Notes under the pieces: model-generated
Database searches by the model: none
What the model was told of the DNA's origin: nothing
What the model saw: the letters and a program-made list of their open reading frames with translations, nothing else
Part shown: piece by piece, positions 30,412 to 40,383 of the stretch
How positions within the stretch are numbered: position 1 is the stretch's first letter
Layout: every line of letters starts with the position of its first letter
Translations under genes and position numbers: made by a program
DNA from: Candidatus Latescibacterota bacterium
Lineage (GTDB): Bacteria; Latescibacterota; UBA2968; UBA8231
Direction of reading: 5' to 3'
Assembly: GCA_965206595.1 (NCBI GenBank)
Contig: OZ242214.1
Coordinates: 1,536,001-1,600,000 of the forward strand
DNA length: 64,000 bases

Positions 30412-32544
30412 GTGCTCCGGCTGACCGGGTCGCAGCTGGCCACGGCGATCGAGGAAGTTCCGGGCGTGGGCTCCAGGCGGGGCAAGGCGCTTCGGGAGGC
30501 CGGGGTCGAAACCGTGGCGGATCTGCTCCTGAGGGTGCCGCGGCGATACCTCGACCGCAGCGCCGTGGCGATGATTTCCGAGCTCGCGGCAGGAGGGGAG
30601 GTGACCGTGATCGCCACGGTCACGGCCTGCGCCTCCCCAGGTTTCGCGCGCAGCCGCAGGGGACGTCCGCTGCCGGCCACCGTCGACGTCAGCGACGGCT
30701 CCGCAGCCCTCCGCTGCGTCTGGTTCCAGGGCGGCCAGTACGTCAGGGCGGAAGTCGGCGATCTCCTTGCTCTCAGCGGCAGGGTCGAAGAATACCGGGG
30801 GCGCCTGCAAATGCCCCATCCGGAGTACGAGTTCCTCTCTGCAGCAGGGGATCGCGGGCTCATTCACACCGCGGGTATCATCCCCTTGTACGCCACCACC
30901 GCCGACATGAAGGAGCGCGGCCTGCGCAGTCGCGGATTCCGGGCAATCGTCAGAACTGCCCTCGATCGATACCTGCCGGGAACAGAGGAGTCCCTCGACC
31001 CGGACACGCGCCGGAGAAACGATCTCGACGAACTTCACAACTCGCTTCGCACCATACACTTCCCTGAATCATTTGACGCGCTCGACAGGGCGAGAAGACG
31101 CCTGGCTTTCGAAGAGTTCTACACTCTGCAGCTATCCCTCCTGAAGAGACGGCAGAGGGCGGGAGATCAACGGGGGCACCAGCTCGGCAAAAGCACCAGC
31201 CTGGTGCCCGGGCTGTTGTCCTCTCTCCCGTTCGAGCTCACCAGGGCGCAGTCGCGCACCCTGTCCGAGATAGCCGCGGACATGGGTAGTCCGCGGCCGA
31301 TGCGGCGACTTCTGCACGGCGAGGTCGGCTCCGGCAAGACCCTGGTCGCCCTCTGCGCCATTCTTACCGCGGTGGAGGCCGGGTACCAGGCCGCTCTGAT
31401 GGCGCCGACCGAAATCCTCGCAGAGCAGCACTTCTTCTACCTGCAGTCCCTGCTGCAACCCTTCGGTGTCGCCGCTGTGCTGGTGGCCGGAGGGCAGAGG
31501 AAAGCTGTCCGCGAGGAGGTTCTGACGGCGATCGAGACCGGGTCGGCAGCGGTCGCCGTCGGCACCCACGCCCTGATCGAGACCGAGGTCAGGTTCCGCG
31601 GCCTCGGCCTCGGGGTCGTCGACGAGCAGCATCGCTTCGGTGTTTCCCAGCGCCGCAGGCTGTACGAGAAAGCCCCCACCGCCGATATCCTCGTCATGAC
31701 CGCGACCCCGATTCCCCGGTCCCTCTCCCTCAGCCTGTACGGCGACCTCGAAGTCTCCGTCCTCGACGAAGTACCCCCGGGGCGCAAGCCGGTGCGCACC
31801 GAGCTGCGGACCCCCGCCAGCCGTGCCAGGATCCTCGAGTTCGCCGCCAGCCGCCTGCGTTGCGGGGAGCGCGTCTACATCGTGTACCCGGTCATAGAGG
31901 AATCGGAAAAGCTCGACCTGAAGTCGGCGGTCGACGGGTTCGAAGAAGTGAGAAGCGGTTCCGGGCCCCTGGCGGAGTTCGAGGTCGGCCTCCTGCACGG
32001 GCGCCTGGGCAGCGTGGAAAAGACCGAGCAGATGGAGCGTTTCGCCCGCGGGAAGGTGCAGGTCCTCGTCGCCACTACCGTCATCGAGGTGGGCGTCGAC
32101 GTTCCCGAAGCGACGGTCATGGTGATCGAGCACGCCGAGAGATTCGGGCTGGCGCAGCTGCACCAGCTACGGGGCCGGGTGGGCCGGGGAGAGGGGCAGG
32201 CCTACTGCATTCTCATCGACTACTCCGGGGTCGCTGAGGGGGAGGGCACACCAAGGGCGGAACAGCGGCTGCGGGCGTTCTGCTCCACGAACGACGGTTT
32301 CGAGATTGCCCGCTTCGATCTCGAGATCCGCGGCCCGGGGGAGGTGCTCGGAACTAGGCAGTCGGGTCTGCCCAGGTTCGTCGTTGCCGATCCCCTGCGG
32401 GATCTCGAACTGATGCAGGCCGCCCGCGCAGAGGCGAAGCGGACCCTGTCGGGGCCCGATGATTTCGACCGCATTTCGGAGAAACCGGTAAACCCGGTCG
32501 CTACCCCTTCCGCAGGGGATCCACCGGCAACCCCGGCCAGGTGA
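30412..32544 (+). CDS. recG: ATP-dependent DNA helicase RecG
   Basis: PRRYLDR, RLAFEE, GEVGSGKT, MAPTEILAEQH, DEQHRFGV, TATPIPR, QLHQLRGRVGRG, RGPGEVLGTRQSG. Confidence 0.97.
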   Translation: MLRLTGSQLATAIEEVPGVGSRRGKALREAGVETVADLLLRVPRRYLDRSAVAMISELAAGGEVTVIATVTACASPGFARSRRGRPLPATVDVSDGSAALRCVWFQGGQYVRAEVGDLLALSGRVEEYRGRLQMPHPEYEFLSAAGDRGLIHTAGIIPLYATTADMKERGLRSRGFRAIVRTALDRYLPGTEESLDPDTRRRNDLDELHNSLRTIHFPESFDALDRARRRLAFEEFYTLQLSLLKRRQRAGDQRGHQLGKSTSLVPGLLSSLPFELTRAQSRTLSEIAADMGSPRPMRRLLHGEVGSGKTLVALCAILTAVEAGYQAALMAPTEILAEQHFFYLQSLLQPFGVAAVLVAGGQRKAVREEVLTAIETGSAAVAVGTHALIETEVRFRGLGLGVVDEQHRFGVSQRRRLYEKAPTADILVMTATPIPRSLSLSLYGDLEVSVLDEVPPGRKPVRTELRTPASRARILEFAASRLRCGERVYIVYPVIEESEKLDLKSAVDGFEEVRSGSGPLAEFEVGLLHGRLGSVEKTEQMERFARGKVQVLVATTVIEVGVDVPEATVMVIEHAERFGLAQLHQLRGRVGRGEGQAYCILIDYSGVAEGEGTPRAEQRLRAFCSTNDGFEIARFDLEIRGPGEVLGTRQSGLPRFVVADPLRDLELMQAARAEAKRTLSGPDDFDRISEKPVNPVATPSAGDPPATPAR

Positions 32545-34130
32545 TGAGCCCTCCAGCCAGATCCCTGTCCGGCCGGTGGTCGGCGCTGGTCCTGGGCCTC
32601 GCGGTCGGCGCCGCGGTCGTCCCCTGGCTGCTTGCGGAGTGGGAGCTGAACCGGGCCTGGGGATTTCCCCTGGACGATTCCTGGATCCACATGCAGATTG
32701 CCCGCAACCTCAGCAGCGGCCATGGCATGTACTTCAACGCGGGAGAACCTGTCTCGGCCTCGTCCGCCCCTCTGTGGACGGTTCTGCTGGCGGGGTTGCA
32801 CCTGCTGCCGGTCGATGTCGTGATGGCGGCGAAGCTGGTGGGTGTCCTGCTGCTGTGGGGAACGGGAACCTTCACCTTCCTCCTCGCCCGCCAGGCAGGA
32901 TTGAGCGGCGGCTGGGCGTTGCTTGCCAGTCTGTCCGCGGCGACCACCCCGAGGTTGATCTGGGGCAGCCTCTCCGGCATGGAGATCACCCTGTACGCCG
33001 CCGCGGCGACTGCCGGCATCTGGCTCTGTCTGCGTTCCCGGGGGGCGCCACCCGGGCGGGGAGCCACCGCCCTGCTCGCCGCGGCCGCACTGGCGCGGCC
33101 CGAATGCCTGCTCCTGTTTCCGGTCCTTCTCCTCGACAGCTGGCTGCGGATGCCTCCGGCCCCCCGGATCCGGGTTCTCGGTGACCTGGCGCGGCCCTGC
33201 CTGCTCTTCGCCCTGCTGCTCGCTCCCTTTGTCGTCTTCAACTTCGGCACCATAGGACATCCGTTTCCCAATACCTATTACGCCAAGGTCGGACCGTACG
33301 GTCTGCCGGGAGCACTGGCCCGGCTCGATGTCCTTCAAGTGTTGAAATGCCTCGTCTACTACCCACTGGTGCAGCTAGTTGAGACAATCGAGTACGGCGT
33401 GACAAACAACACGGTTGTCACTGCAGGAGCGCTCGCGGGGGCCATCGCCGCCCTGCGCAGGCCCGCGGGCCCGGAGCGGCTCCTCCTGGTTCTGATTCTG
33501 GCGCTGCCCCTGGTCCGCGGGATATTGGCCCCGTACAAAGGAGCGACTTTTCAGCACGGCCGCTACGTCGCTCACCTGGTTCCACTGATGGCGGTCCTCG
33601 GAACCATAGGTCTTCGCGATTCCCTGGTGTGGCTGTGCAGGTCGAGTTCGGCCGCCTTCCTGCGGAAATCCCGGATTCTCCGGCCCGGCGGCCTCGCCTG
33701 GATGGCGGTGGTCCTCAACGCCCTGCTCATGCAGCCGGGCGGGGCCAGGCAGTTCGGAGAGAACGTCCGCGATATTCAGCAGATGCACCTGCCGATGGCT
33801 CGCTGGATCGCCCGGGAAGCTCCGGAAAATGCCGTGGTGGCGACACACGACATAGGAGCCCTCGGGTACTTCAGCGGGCGGCGGATCATCGACACTGCGG
33901 GACTGATCACCCCGGAGGTGCTGACCTATCTGCGGCCCGGGCAGGCTGCCGATCAGGGGGTGCTGGAATTCCTGCTGGCGAGGAGACCGGAGTTCGTCGT
34001 CGTCATGCCGAACTGGTACCCCCAACTGGTTGAATCCAGATATCTCATTCCGGTACACAGCGTTTCACTCGAGTCGAGATCCATCAGCGCCGGCGATCTC
34101 CTGGTGGCCTACCGCACGGAATGGCCTTGA
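32541..34130 (+). CDS. Multi-TM GT-C-like glycosyltransferase
   Basis: LDDSWIHMQIARNL after TM1, SSAPLW, SGME, ARPE, FPNTYYAK, GRY, DIGALGY...D..GL; overlaps recG stop. Confidence 0.7.
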   Translation: MMSPPARSLSGRWSALVLGLAVGAAVVPWLLAEWELNRAWGFPLDDSWIHMQIARNLSSGHGMYFNAGEPVSASSAPLWTVLLAGLHLLPVDVVMAAKLVGVLLLWGTGTFTFLLARQAGLSGGWALLASLSAATTPRLIWGSLSGMEITLYAAAATAGIWLCLRSRGAPPGRGATALLAAAALARPECLLLFPVLLLDSWLRMPPAPRIRVLGDLARPCLLFALLLAPFVVFNFGTIGHPFPNTYYAKVGPYGLPGALARLDVLQVLKCLVYYPLVQLVETIEYGVTNNTVVTAGALAGAIAALRRPAGPERLLLVLILALPLVRGILAPYKGATFQHGRYVAHLVPLMAVLGTIGLRDSLVWLCRSSSAAFLRKSRILRPGGLAWMAVVLNALLMQPGGARQFGENVRDIQQMHLPMARWIAREAPENAVVATHDIGALGYFSGRRIIDTAGLITPEVLTYLRPGQAADQGVLEFLLARRPEFVVVMPNWYPQLVESRYLIPVHSVSLESRSISAGDLLVAYRTEWP

Positions 34131-34155
34131 CATATGCACATTTGTTTAGTAAAAT
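34127..34155 (+). promoter_or_regulatory. Near-consensus sigma70 promoter for the HTH-ssb pair
   Basis: TTGACA-N17-TAAAAT in an AT-rich patch. Confidence 0.75.
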
Positions 34156-34203
34156 TGTGTGCACTTGTTCGGCCATATGCAAAGCGCCAGGAGGATCTTG
34201 GAA

Positions 34204-34395
34204 TTGGAGAGATTTGATCGCGACCGCATCGAGCGCGCAGCGCGCATTTACGCCAGCAACCGGGATGCCGGCCTGGCTCTGGGAATGGCTCCAAGCAGTT
34301 TCGGCCGGCTTTGCCGGCGCTTCGGAATCGAGACTCCACAGGCCCGTCGCAAACGCGGGGGCAGGGGGTATCTCTCCGGAGATGGCGGAGAGTGA
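34204..34395 (+). CDS. Small helix-turn-helix (Fis-like) protein
   Basis: AGGAGG then TTG; RIERAARIYASNRDAGLALGMAPSSFGRLCRRFGI fits the N...A...LG....F.....GI HTH pattern. Confidence 0.65.
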   Translation: MERFDRDRIERAARIYASNRDAGLALGMAPSSFGRLCRRFGIETPQARRKRGGRGYLSGDGGE

Positions 34396-34403
34396 GGTTG
34401 GAG

Positions 34404-34874
34404 ATGGCCGCCGGAAACATCAACAAGGTCATACTGGTCGGGAATCTCGGCGCCGATCCGGAAATCAGGTTCACGCCGAGGGGGACGCAGGTGGCCAGCG
34501 TGCGCTTGGCGACCGACGACGACTGGACCGACAACAAGGGGCAGCGGCGACGGCACACCGAGTGGCATCGGCTCGTCATGTGGAGGCGCTTCGCCGAGAT
34601 CGCCGACCAGTACCTGAAAAAGGGAAGCAAGGTCCGCGTCGTAGGCAGACTGCACACACGCAACTGGGAGGACGCCAACCGGCGCCGGCACTACGTCACG
34701 GAGATCATGGTCACCGATCTCCAGCTCATTGACGCCGCCGGAGGGCCCGGAGAGCTCGACATGAAATACGGGCGCGGGGAAGAAACCCAGCTCGAGCTCG
34801 ACGCAATTACCCGTTCCGCTTCTCCCGCTGCTACGGGGATCTCCGATTTCAGAGCGGACGATCTGCCGTTCTAG
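34404..34874 (+). CDS. ssb: Single-stranded DNA-binding protein
   Basis: INKVILVGNLGADPE, TEWHR, YLKKGSKV, YVTEI, C-terminal DDLPF. Confidence 0.96.
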   Translation: MAAGNINKVILVGNLGADPEIRFTPRGTQVASVRLATDDDWTDNKGQRRRHTEWHRLVMWRRFAEIADQYLKKGSKVRVVGRLHTRNWEDANRRRHYVTEIMVTDLQLIDAAGGPGELDMKYGRGEETQLELDAITRSASPAATGISDFRADDLPF

Positions 34875-35112
34875 TGGGCACCCGCAGGAAGGCCCCGGAT
34901 GCCGCGGACCTCGAAAGGGTAGATGATGGAACTGCCACCAACCCTTTCTTGACCCTCGATCCGGCGTGGGGTCATATTGCCCCGAAGAGCAAAAGCACCT
35001 GCCGGTGCCGCCTGAAACAGGCAACCCTCCCTTGGCGCTTGAATACGGCCGCCGAATTCAGCGGAACCTGCTCCTACAAAAAAATAGAAGTCTCCAACGC
35101 AGGATTGAGCCG

Positions 35113-35937
35113 ATGGAATTGCTGTCCGCAGAACGAATTCGCGAACTGACTTCCGAATACGAAGGGGCCCGGTCCGAGGACGGGCGCCCGATGGTTCCCG
35201 ATGATATCCTGGAACGGATGAAGAAGGTGACGACCGAGGAGGCCTGGGGCGTCCTGCATGGCCAGGAGTACCACTTCCAGTTCGAAGGGGACTGGATCAA
35301 TCTCCACCCGGAGCGCGTCTTGACCGGGCGCGCCGTGACCTGCCGCTACGTTCCTCATCGCCCCGATCTCCACCAGGTCACGGAGGCGGCAGGCAGCAGG
35401 GAAGGCCGCGTCGGCGGTCAGAACTCGTGGGTGATCGACACCCTCGTGTCCGGCGACGTCCTCGTCGTCGAGCTCTTCGGGAAGATCGTCCGCGGCACCT
35501 TTATCGGCGACAATCTCGGCACCGCCATCGCCGCCAACACCGGAGGCACAGGACTGGTCGTCGATGGCTCGATCCGCGACACCCAGCGGGTCCGAGAGCT
35601 GCCGATCAACGTCTTCGCCAAGGGGCTTCACCCGACGGGCATCGGCGAGGTCACCCTGACGGAGATCAACGGACCGGTTCGCGTCGGACAGGCGTCGGTG
35701 CTGCCCGGAGACATCGTGCTCGGAACATCCAGCGGCGTCATTTTCATCCCTGCGAAGCTTGCCCGGCAGGTGGTGGAATCGTCCGAAATGACGCGCCTGC
35801 GGGATTACTGGGGAAAACAGTCCATTCGCGAGGGACGTTACAGCCCGGGTGAAATAGACCGCGGCTGGACCGAAACGATGAATGCCGAGTTCGAGACCTG
35901 GAGCAGGACCGTCGACGTAAACAGGCTGGAGTACTGA
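35113..35937 (+). CDS. RraA/HMG-aldolase family protein
   Basis: GRAVT, GDVLVV, FIGDNL, VVDGSIRD, VLPGDIVLG...GVIFIP. Confidence 0.85.
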   Translation: MELLSAERIRELTSEYEGARSEDGRPMVPDDILERMKKVTTEEAWGVLHGQEYHFQFEGDWINLHPERVLTGRAVTCRYVPHRPDLHQVTEAAGSREGRVGGQNSWVIDTLVSGDVLVVELFGKIVRGTFIGDNLGTAIAANTGGTGLVVDGSIRDTQRVRELPINVFAKGLHPTGIGEVTLTEINGPVRVGQASVLPGDIVLGTSSGVIFIPAKLARQVVESSEMTRLRDYWGKQSIREGRYSPGEIDRGWTETMNAEFETWSRTVDVNRLEY

Positions 35938-35947
35938 ATCGTCGGCG

Positions 35948-36850
35948 ATGCCCTTCCAGGTGCTTTTCCTCATTTTACTGATCGCCGTTTCCGGGCGAAA
36001 CGCCTATGGGTGGTGGGGTGATGGACACGAGATCGTCACGAGGGCGGCCATACGCGCCCTTCCCGAAGAAGTGCCGGCGTTTCTGAAGGAAGGGGAGGAA
36101 CTGGTCGCCAGCAGCGTTTACGATCCCGACCTGGCAAAAAACCGGTCCCTGCCGAACCTGCGCGACCGCGAGCATCCCGAACATTTTCTCGACATCGAGC
36201 TTCTGGCCGGCAGACACCTGCCGGCGACGCGGTACGAATTCGTGCGGCTGTGCGGCGAGGTCGGGGTCAGCCCTTCCAAGGTCGGCTTCCTCCCCTATGC
36301 CGTCGCCGAGTGGACGGAGCAGTTGACCCTCGCCCTGGCGGAGCACCGCCGCTGGCCCGGGCTGGAGGCGCCCAAAAGCAAGGCTCTCGTATACGCCGGA
36401 CTTCTAGCCCATTATGCCCAGGATCTGTTCCAGCCCCTGCATCTCACGATTCATTACGACGGCTACGTACAAACGGAGGGAGATTCGTCGGGCGGCGGAT
36501 CGAAGCTTCACGCCGGTATCCACGAAAAGGTCGACTCGGTAATCGATCGGCTCGCTCCCGACCCCGACGCTCTGGCATCCGATTGTCGCCCGCAGCCCTT
36601 CGGCGACCTGATGGCGGCCGTCATGAGCCAGTTCGCGCAGAACCACGACAACGTCGCCAGGGTGTACGAGTTGGCAGATGATTTCGAGCCGCTCTCAGAG
36701 CCTGCCGCCCGGTTCGGATTGCAGCAGGCCGCGGCCGCGGCGGAATTCACCGCCTCCCTCTACCTCACGGCGTGGCGGGATTCGGAGGCCGTGCGCCTGC
36801 CCGGATGGCTCAATCCCCCAGCGCCCGGCAACGGCAGCGGCGCCAAGTGA
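35948..36850 (+). CDS. Secreted S1/P1 nuclease / Zn-phospholipase C fold protein
   Basis: Signal peptide then W-W-G-D-G-H, PD, EHFLD, G.LP, HYAQDLFQPLH, IH. Confidence 0.8.
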   Translation: MPFQVLFLILLIAVSGRNAYGWWGDGHEIVTRAAIRALPEEVPAFLKEGEELVASSVYDPDLAKNRSLPNLRDREHPEHFLDIELLAGRHLPATRYEFVRLCGEVGVSPSKVGFLPYAVAEWTEQLTLALAEHRRWPGLEAPKSKALVYAGLLAHYAQDLFQPLHLTIHYDGYVQTEGDSSGGGSKLHAGIHEKVDSVIDRLAPDPDALASDCRPQPFGDLMAAVMSQFAQNHDNVARVYELADDFEPLSEPAARFGLQQAAAAAEFTASLYLTAWRDSEAVRLPGWLNPPAPGNGSGAK

Positions 36851-36851
36851 A

Positions 36852-37991
36852 TCAGACCGAGAGACTGAAGCCGCTCGCCTCGACGGCCCTGTTCCAGACC
36901 GCCTCCTCGATGTCGAAGCCGGATCCGGGGGTATCGGGGACGACGAGGTGGCCATCCACCATCTCCCAATCGTCGGCGATCAGTCCGGGGAAGCCGGCCG
37001 GCTCCGCTTCCAGGAGGTCGAAATGGGGTATGGAGGCGGCAAAATGGGCGTGAGTGAAGCGCTCGACGAGCTACCCCAGGTATGGGGAGCACAGCGCGCT
37101 GCACACCCCTCCAGCCGGGCTGACACAGCGCGCCACCAGGTCAGTCCGTACTGGTGGAAGTCCTGCTGCACGACGTCGATCCAGCCCTCTTCGACCAGGT
37201 CGAAAAAGCAGGGGGGGGGGGGATGGAATTCCCCATCTGCCACCATGGTGTCCCAGCCGTTCTCCCGGATGAACTCCTTCAGCGCCTGATTTAGCGGCAG
37301 GTCTTCGGGAAAAGGTTCCTCGAACCAGTAGATGCGGGCATCCGCGGTCTCCGCCAGCAGCTGCCGTGCACTGTTGAGAGTGTTGCCCATGTTGGCGTCG
37401 ATCAGGATCCTGGCATTCGCTCCCGCTGCCTCCCGGACGGTCCGGATCACCAGGGCGTCGCGGGCCAGACCCTCGGCGGCAGGCATCCAGCGAGCCCCCC
37501 TCCCGACCTTGATCTTGAAGTTGCGGTAGCCGGAATCCCAACCCGATTGCACCTGCCGACTGTACAGCTCGCGCGCCTCGGCGTCGCTCAACTCGAGATC
37601 GTCGATGTAAATGGAGCCGTCGTACAGCTCTACCTCGCGCGAGCCGCGTGGGACCGAGCAGCCGGTAAAGGGGCAAGCCCGCCAGGCGGGCGCACAGGTC
37701 CCAGAGCGGCAGGTCGATCGGCACCCCTGCCTGACTGGCCCCGTCGGGCATCGAGAACAGCTCTCCGATCCTTCTGCCGACCAGTTCGGCGGCCTGCTCT
37801 TCGGCGATCCCCGACCACCCGATTCCCATCCCCCCTCCGGCGGTCCGAATCCGCACCACCTGGTCCCTGATCACGTCTCCGTGGACGGAGATACGAGCGT
37901 TGCGTCCCAACTACCGGGGTCGCCGTCCCAGTAGCACGCCCTTCTCGATGCGGTCGATGCGCTCGCGTGCGATGGTTTCGAACTGTTCCAT
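36852..37991 (-). pseudogene. Mandelate racemase/enolase-superfamily gene with an in-frame TAG and two frameshifts
   Basis: RRPR*LGRNAR (stop 37911-37913); +1 shift near 37652 before ELYDGSIY; FKIKVG, DAN, WFEEPF, DGE; 1-nt deletion near 37070 before ERFTHAH. Confidence 0.8.
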
Positions 37992-38032
37992 GCCGCCTTT
38001 TCCGGTTTCGCCCGCGCCGCGGGCAATTGCGA

Positions 38033-38061
38033 TTGACACTGTGCCGGCCGGCAGATACGGT
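38033..38061 (+). promoter_or_regulatory. Candidate sigma70 promoter for the RNB-like gene
   Basis: TTGACA-N17-TACGGT. Confidence 0.4.
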
Positions 38062-38187
38062 AGGATCCGGGCATCCTGCCGGCAATTCCCGGACGCTCGC
38101 CAGGAATTGCTTCGATGTCCGTCTGCCGGTCCGTTCCAGGCCAGGCAAGAATACGGAGGCGCGGGCTCCTGACCGAAGGAGGTAGTC

Positions 38188-40272
38188 ATGCCAACATGGG
38201 TCCGGGATCTTCTGAGCCACGACGATCCCCGGGTGCGATCGCAAGTCGGCCGTCAGCTTTTCGGCCACCGCGTCCCGTCTCAGAGCAACCTCGCCAGCGG
38301 GTCTCTCGTCGAATTCACACACGGTGGCGGCCTCTGGTTCGGAGCCGTGTTGCGGCATTCCGGCCGCCGTCTGCTCGTCGTCGACGTGCGCGGCCGCGAA
38401 CACTGGTTGCGGCGCGCCAAGATCCTCGACCTGTCGACCAGCAAGGTGCCCACCCTGTCGAGACAGGAAGCTCTGTCCCATCTCCGCCGCATTGACGAGC
38501 AGCGCCACGCCCGCAGCCTCGCTGTCGAGCTACAGCCGCTTTGGGAGGTCACCGCAGAGGAAGGGGAGGGCCGCGTGTGGTCGCTGGACGAGCTCGCCGA
38601 GCTCCTTTTCGGTTCACCACGACCGGACGATCGTGCGGTCCTTCTGCGCGCTCTCTGGGAGGGCCGGTTCTTCGCGCGCCACGCAAACGGGTGGTCCCCG
38701 CTTTCCCGCGAGACACTGGCTCGAACTCTGCAGCTCGAGTCGCAAAAAAGGCAGGAGGAGAAAGAGCTTGCCGAGGTGGCGGCATGGGTTCGCCGGGTCG
38801 CCGACGGGGCCGCCCCCGACCCTCGTCCGGCAAACGCCGAGGAAGCGGTTCGGCTGCTGCGGGATGCCGCCGTTTACGGCAGCGAAAGTCAGCGGCGCTC
38901 GCAGTCGGCTGTCCTGATGGAGAGGGCCCACCTTCACGGTCCCGGAGCGGCCTTCGATGTGCTCGTACAGCTGGGATTCTGGGACAAGGATGAGAACCTC
39001 GAACTGCACAGGTGCGGGGTGCCGCCGGAATTCTCTCCTGAGTCCCTGCGTGAAGCCGAAAGGCTCGCCGCGGTGGCCGGCAGGTTCGCAGCGACCCGAG
39101 TCTGGCGCCGGCCCTACGCCTTCGCCGATCCGGCCGATCCGTCAGCGGCTGTTGCCGTTCTGGCGCGGCGCACGATTCGGGGATTCCGGCTGCAGGTGTA
39201 CCTGCCCCTGGTGGCAGCTGTGGTTCCGGCCGGCAGTGCCCTGGACAGGGACGCCGCTGACCGCGCCACCAGCATCGAACTGCCGGACCGGCGCCTCCCG
39301 CTTGTTCCCCCCGCCCTGGAAGAATCCCTGCGCTTCCGCGGCGAGCGGACAACTCCGTCCCTGCGGATCGAAGTGGTGCTGGGACGCGATCAGCGCATCC
39401 GCGACTGCCGCATCGCCCTGTGCCGCATCCGCCCGCGCATGATTTCCTCCGATGCCCCCATTGCCGGAGGACGGGCACCGGGCGGGATGCGTGCCCTGGC
39501 GGGGATCGCCGCGAAACTGCGCGCCCGCCGGCAGGGCAGGCTGCCGATGGAGAGAGTGCCGGACAGGGAGCCCGGCATCCGGGTCGCCGGCAGCAGAGTG
39601 ACGATTTCCCGCACCGACAGCATGGAGAAGATGATCCTCGAGGAGTGTGTAAACGTCGCCAGCGAGGCATTGGGTGCATGGTGTGAAGAACGCCGGATCC
39701 CGGCGCTGTACAGGACTCGGCCTCTGTCCGGGGATACTCCGATCGAAGCGGGGGCAGACCGGGAATCGGCGGACTCCGCGGGGTTGCGTTCGTACCTGTT
39801 GCGAAAAGCGGGTACACCCGAGTCGATGCAAGTGAGGCCTGCGGAACACGAGGCCCTCGGCCTGTCCCGTTGCGCCGCCGGAACGGCGCCGCTCGACCGC
39901 TATGAGCACTTCGTCATGCAGAGACAGCTGATCGCCGCGAAAAGAGGGAGGGCTCTGGTTGGCGAAGAAGAGCTGAAACGTCTGCTCGGCGAATGTGCGG
40001 CGGGAATCGAAGCGGCCCGCAGGGTCGAAAGACACGGCCGCCGCTACTGGCTTCTGGCGGCGCTCCAGCCGTATCAGGGCGCCGACCTCGAGGCGACGGT
40101 GATACGGCGCTCCGGTCTGGGGTACACGGTTCTGCTCGATGGCTTCGACATCGAGGGATACGTAGCGGCGACAGAGATGTCAGCCCACCCGGGGGATCCG
40201 GTCAGGGTCCGCCTGCAACAGGTCTCACCCAGGAGGAACCTGCTGCGCCTCGGCGATCTTCGCAGGCGCTAG
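38188..40272 (+). CDS. RNase II/R (RNB)-like protein with a degenerate catalytic motif and C-terminal S1-like domain
   Basis: GSLVEF, LWE, LVQLGFW...EN, LD.DA..RATSI.LP....P.VP, HEALGL...TAPLDRY...QRQL. Confidence 0.75.
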   Translation: MPTWVRDLLSHDDPRVRSQVGRQLFGHRVPSQSNLASGSLVEFTHGGGLWFGAVLRHSGRRLLVVDVRGREHWLRRAKILDLSTSKVPTLSRQEALSHLRRIDEQRHARSLAVELQPLWEVTAEEGEGRVWSLDELAELLFGSPRPDDRAVLLRALWEGRFFARHANGWSPLSRETLARTLQLESQKRQEEKELAEVAAWVRRVADGAAPDPRPANAEEAVRLLRDAAVYGSESQRRSQSAVLMERAHLHGPGAAFDVLVQLGFWDKDENLELHRCGVPPEFSPESLREAERLAAVAGRFAATRVWRRPYAFADPADPSAAVAVLARRTIRGFRLQVYLPLVAAVVPAGSALDRDAADRATSIELPDRRLPLVPPALEESLRFRGERTTPSLRIEVVLGRDQRIRDCRIALCRIRPRMISSDAPIAGGRAPGGMRALAGIAAKLRARRQGRLPMERVPDREPGIRVAGSRVTISRTDSMEKMILEECVNVASEALGAWCEERRIPALYRTRPLSGDTPIEAGADRESADSAGLRSYLLRKAGTPESMQVRPAEHEALGLSRCAAGTAPLDRYEHFVMQRQLIAAKRGRALVGEEELKRLLGECAAGIEAARRVERHGRRYWLLAALQPYQGADLEATVIRRSGLGYTVLLDGFDIEGYVAATEMSAHPGDPVRVRLQQVSPRRNLLRLGDLRRR

Positions 40273-40383
40273 ACATCACCAGCGTTACCCGGCTCGATCG
40301 GCTCTGCGGCAGTGGAATCGCCGCCTGCTGTTCGCTTGATTTCCCGCCAGGCACAGGGAAACTCGGAAAAAGGAGGATGCCGA

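Noticed and set aside
37911-37913. In-frame TAG as possible pyrrolysine or stop-codon recoding
   Set aside because: TAG is the normal stop of many genes here (rpsM, rplQ, dnaB), no pyl genes are seen, and the same gene has two frameshifts
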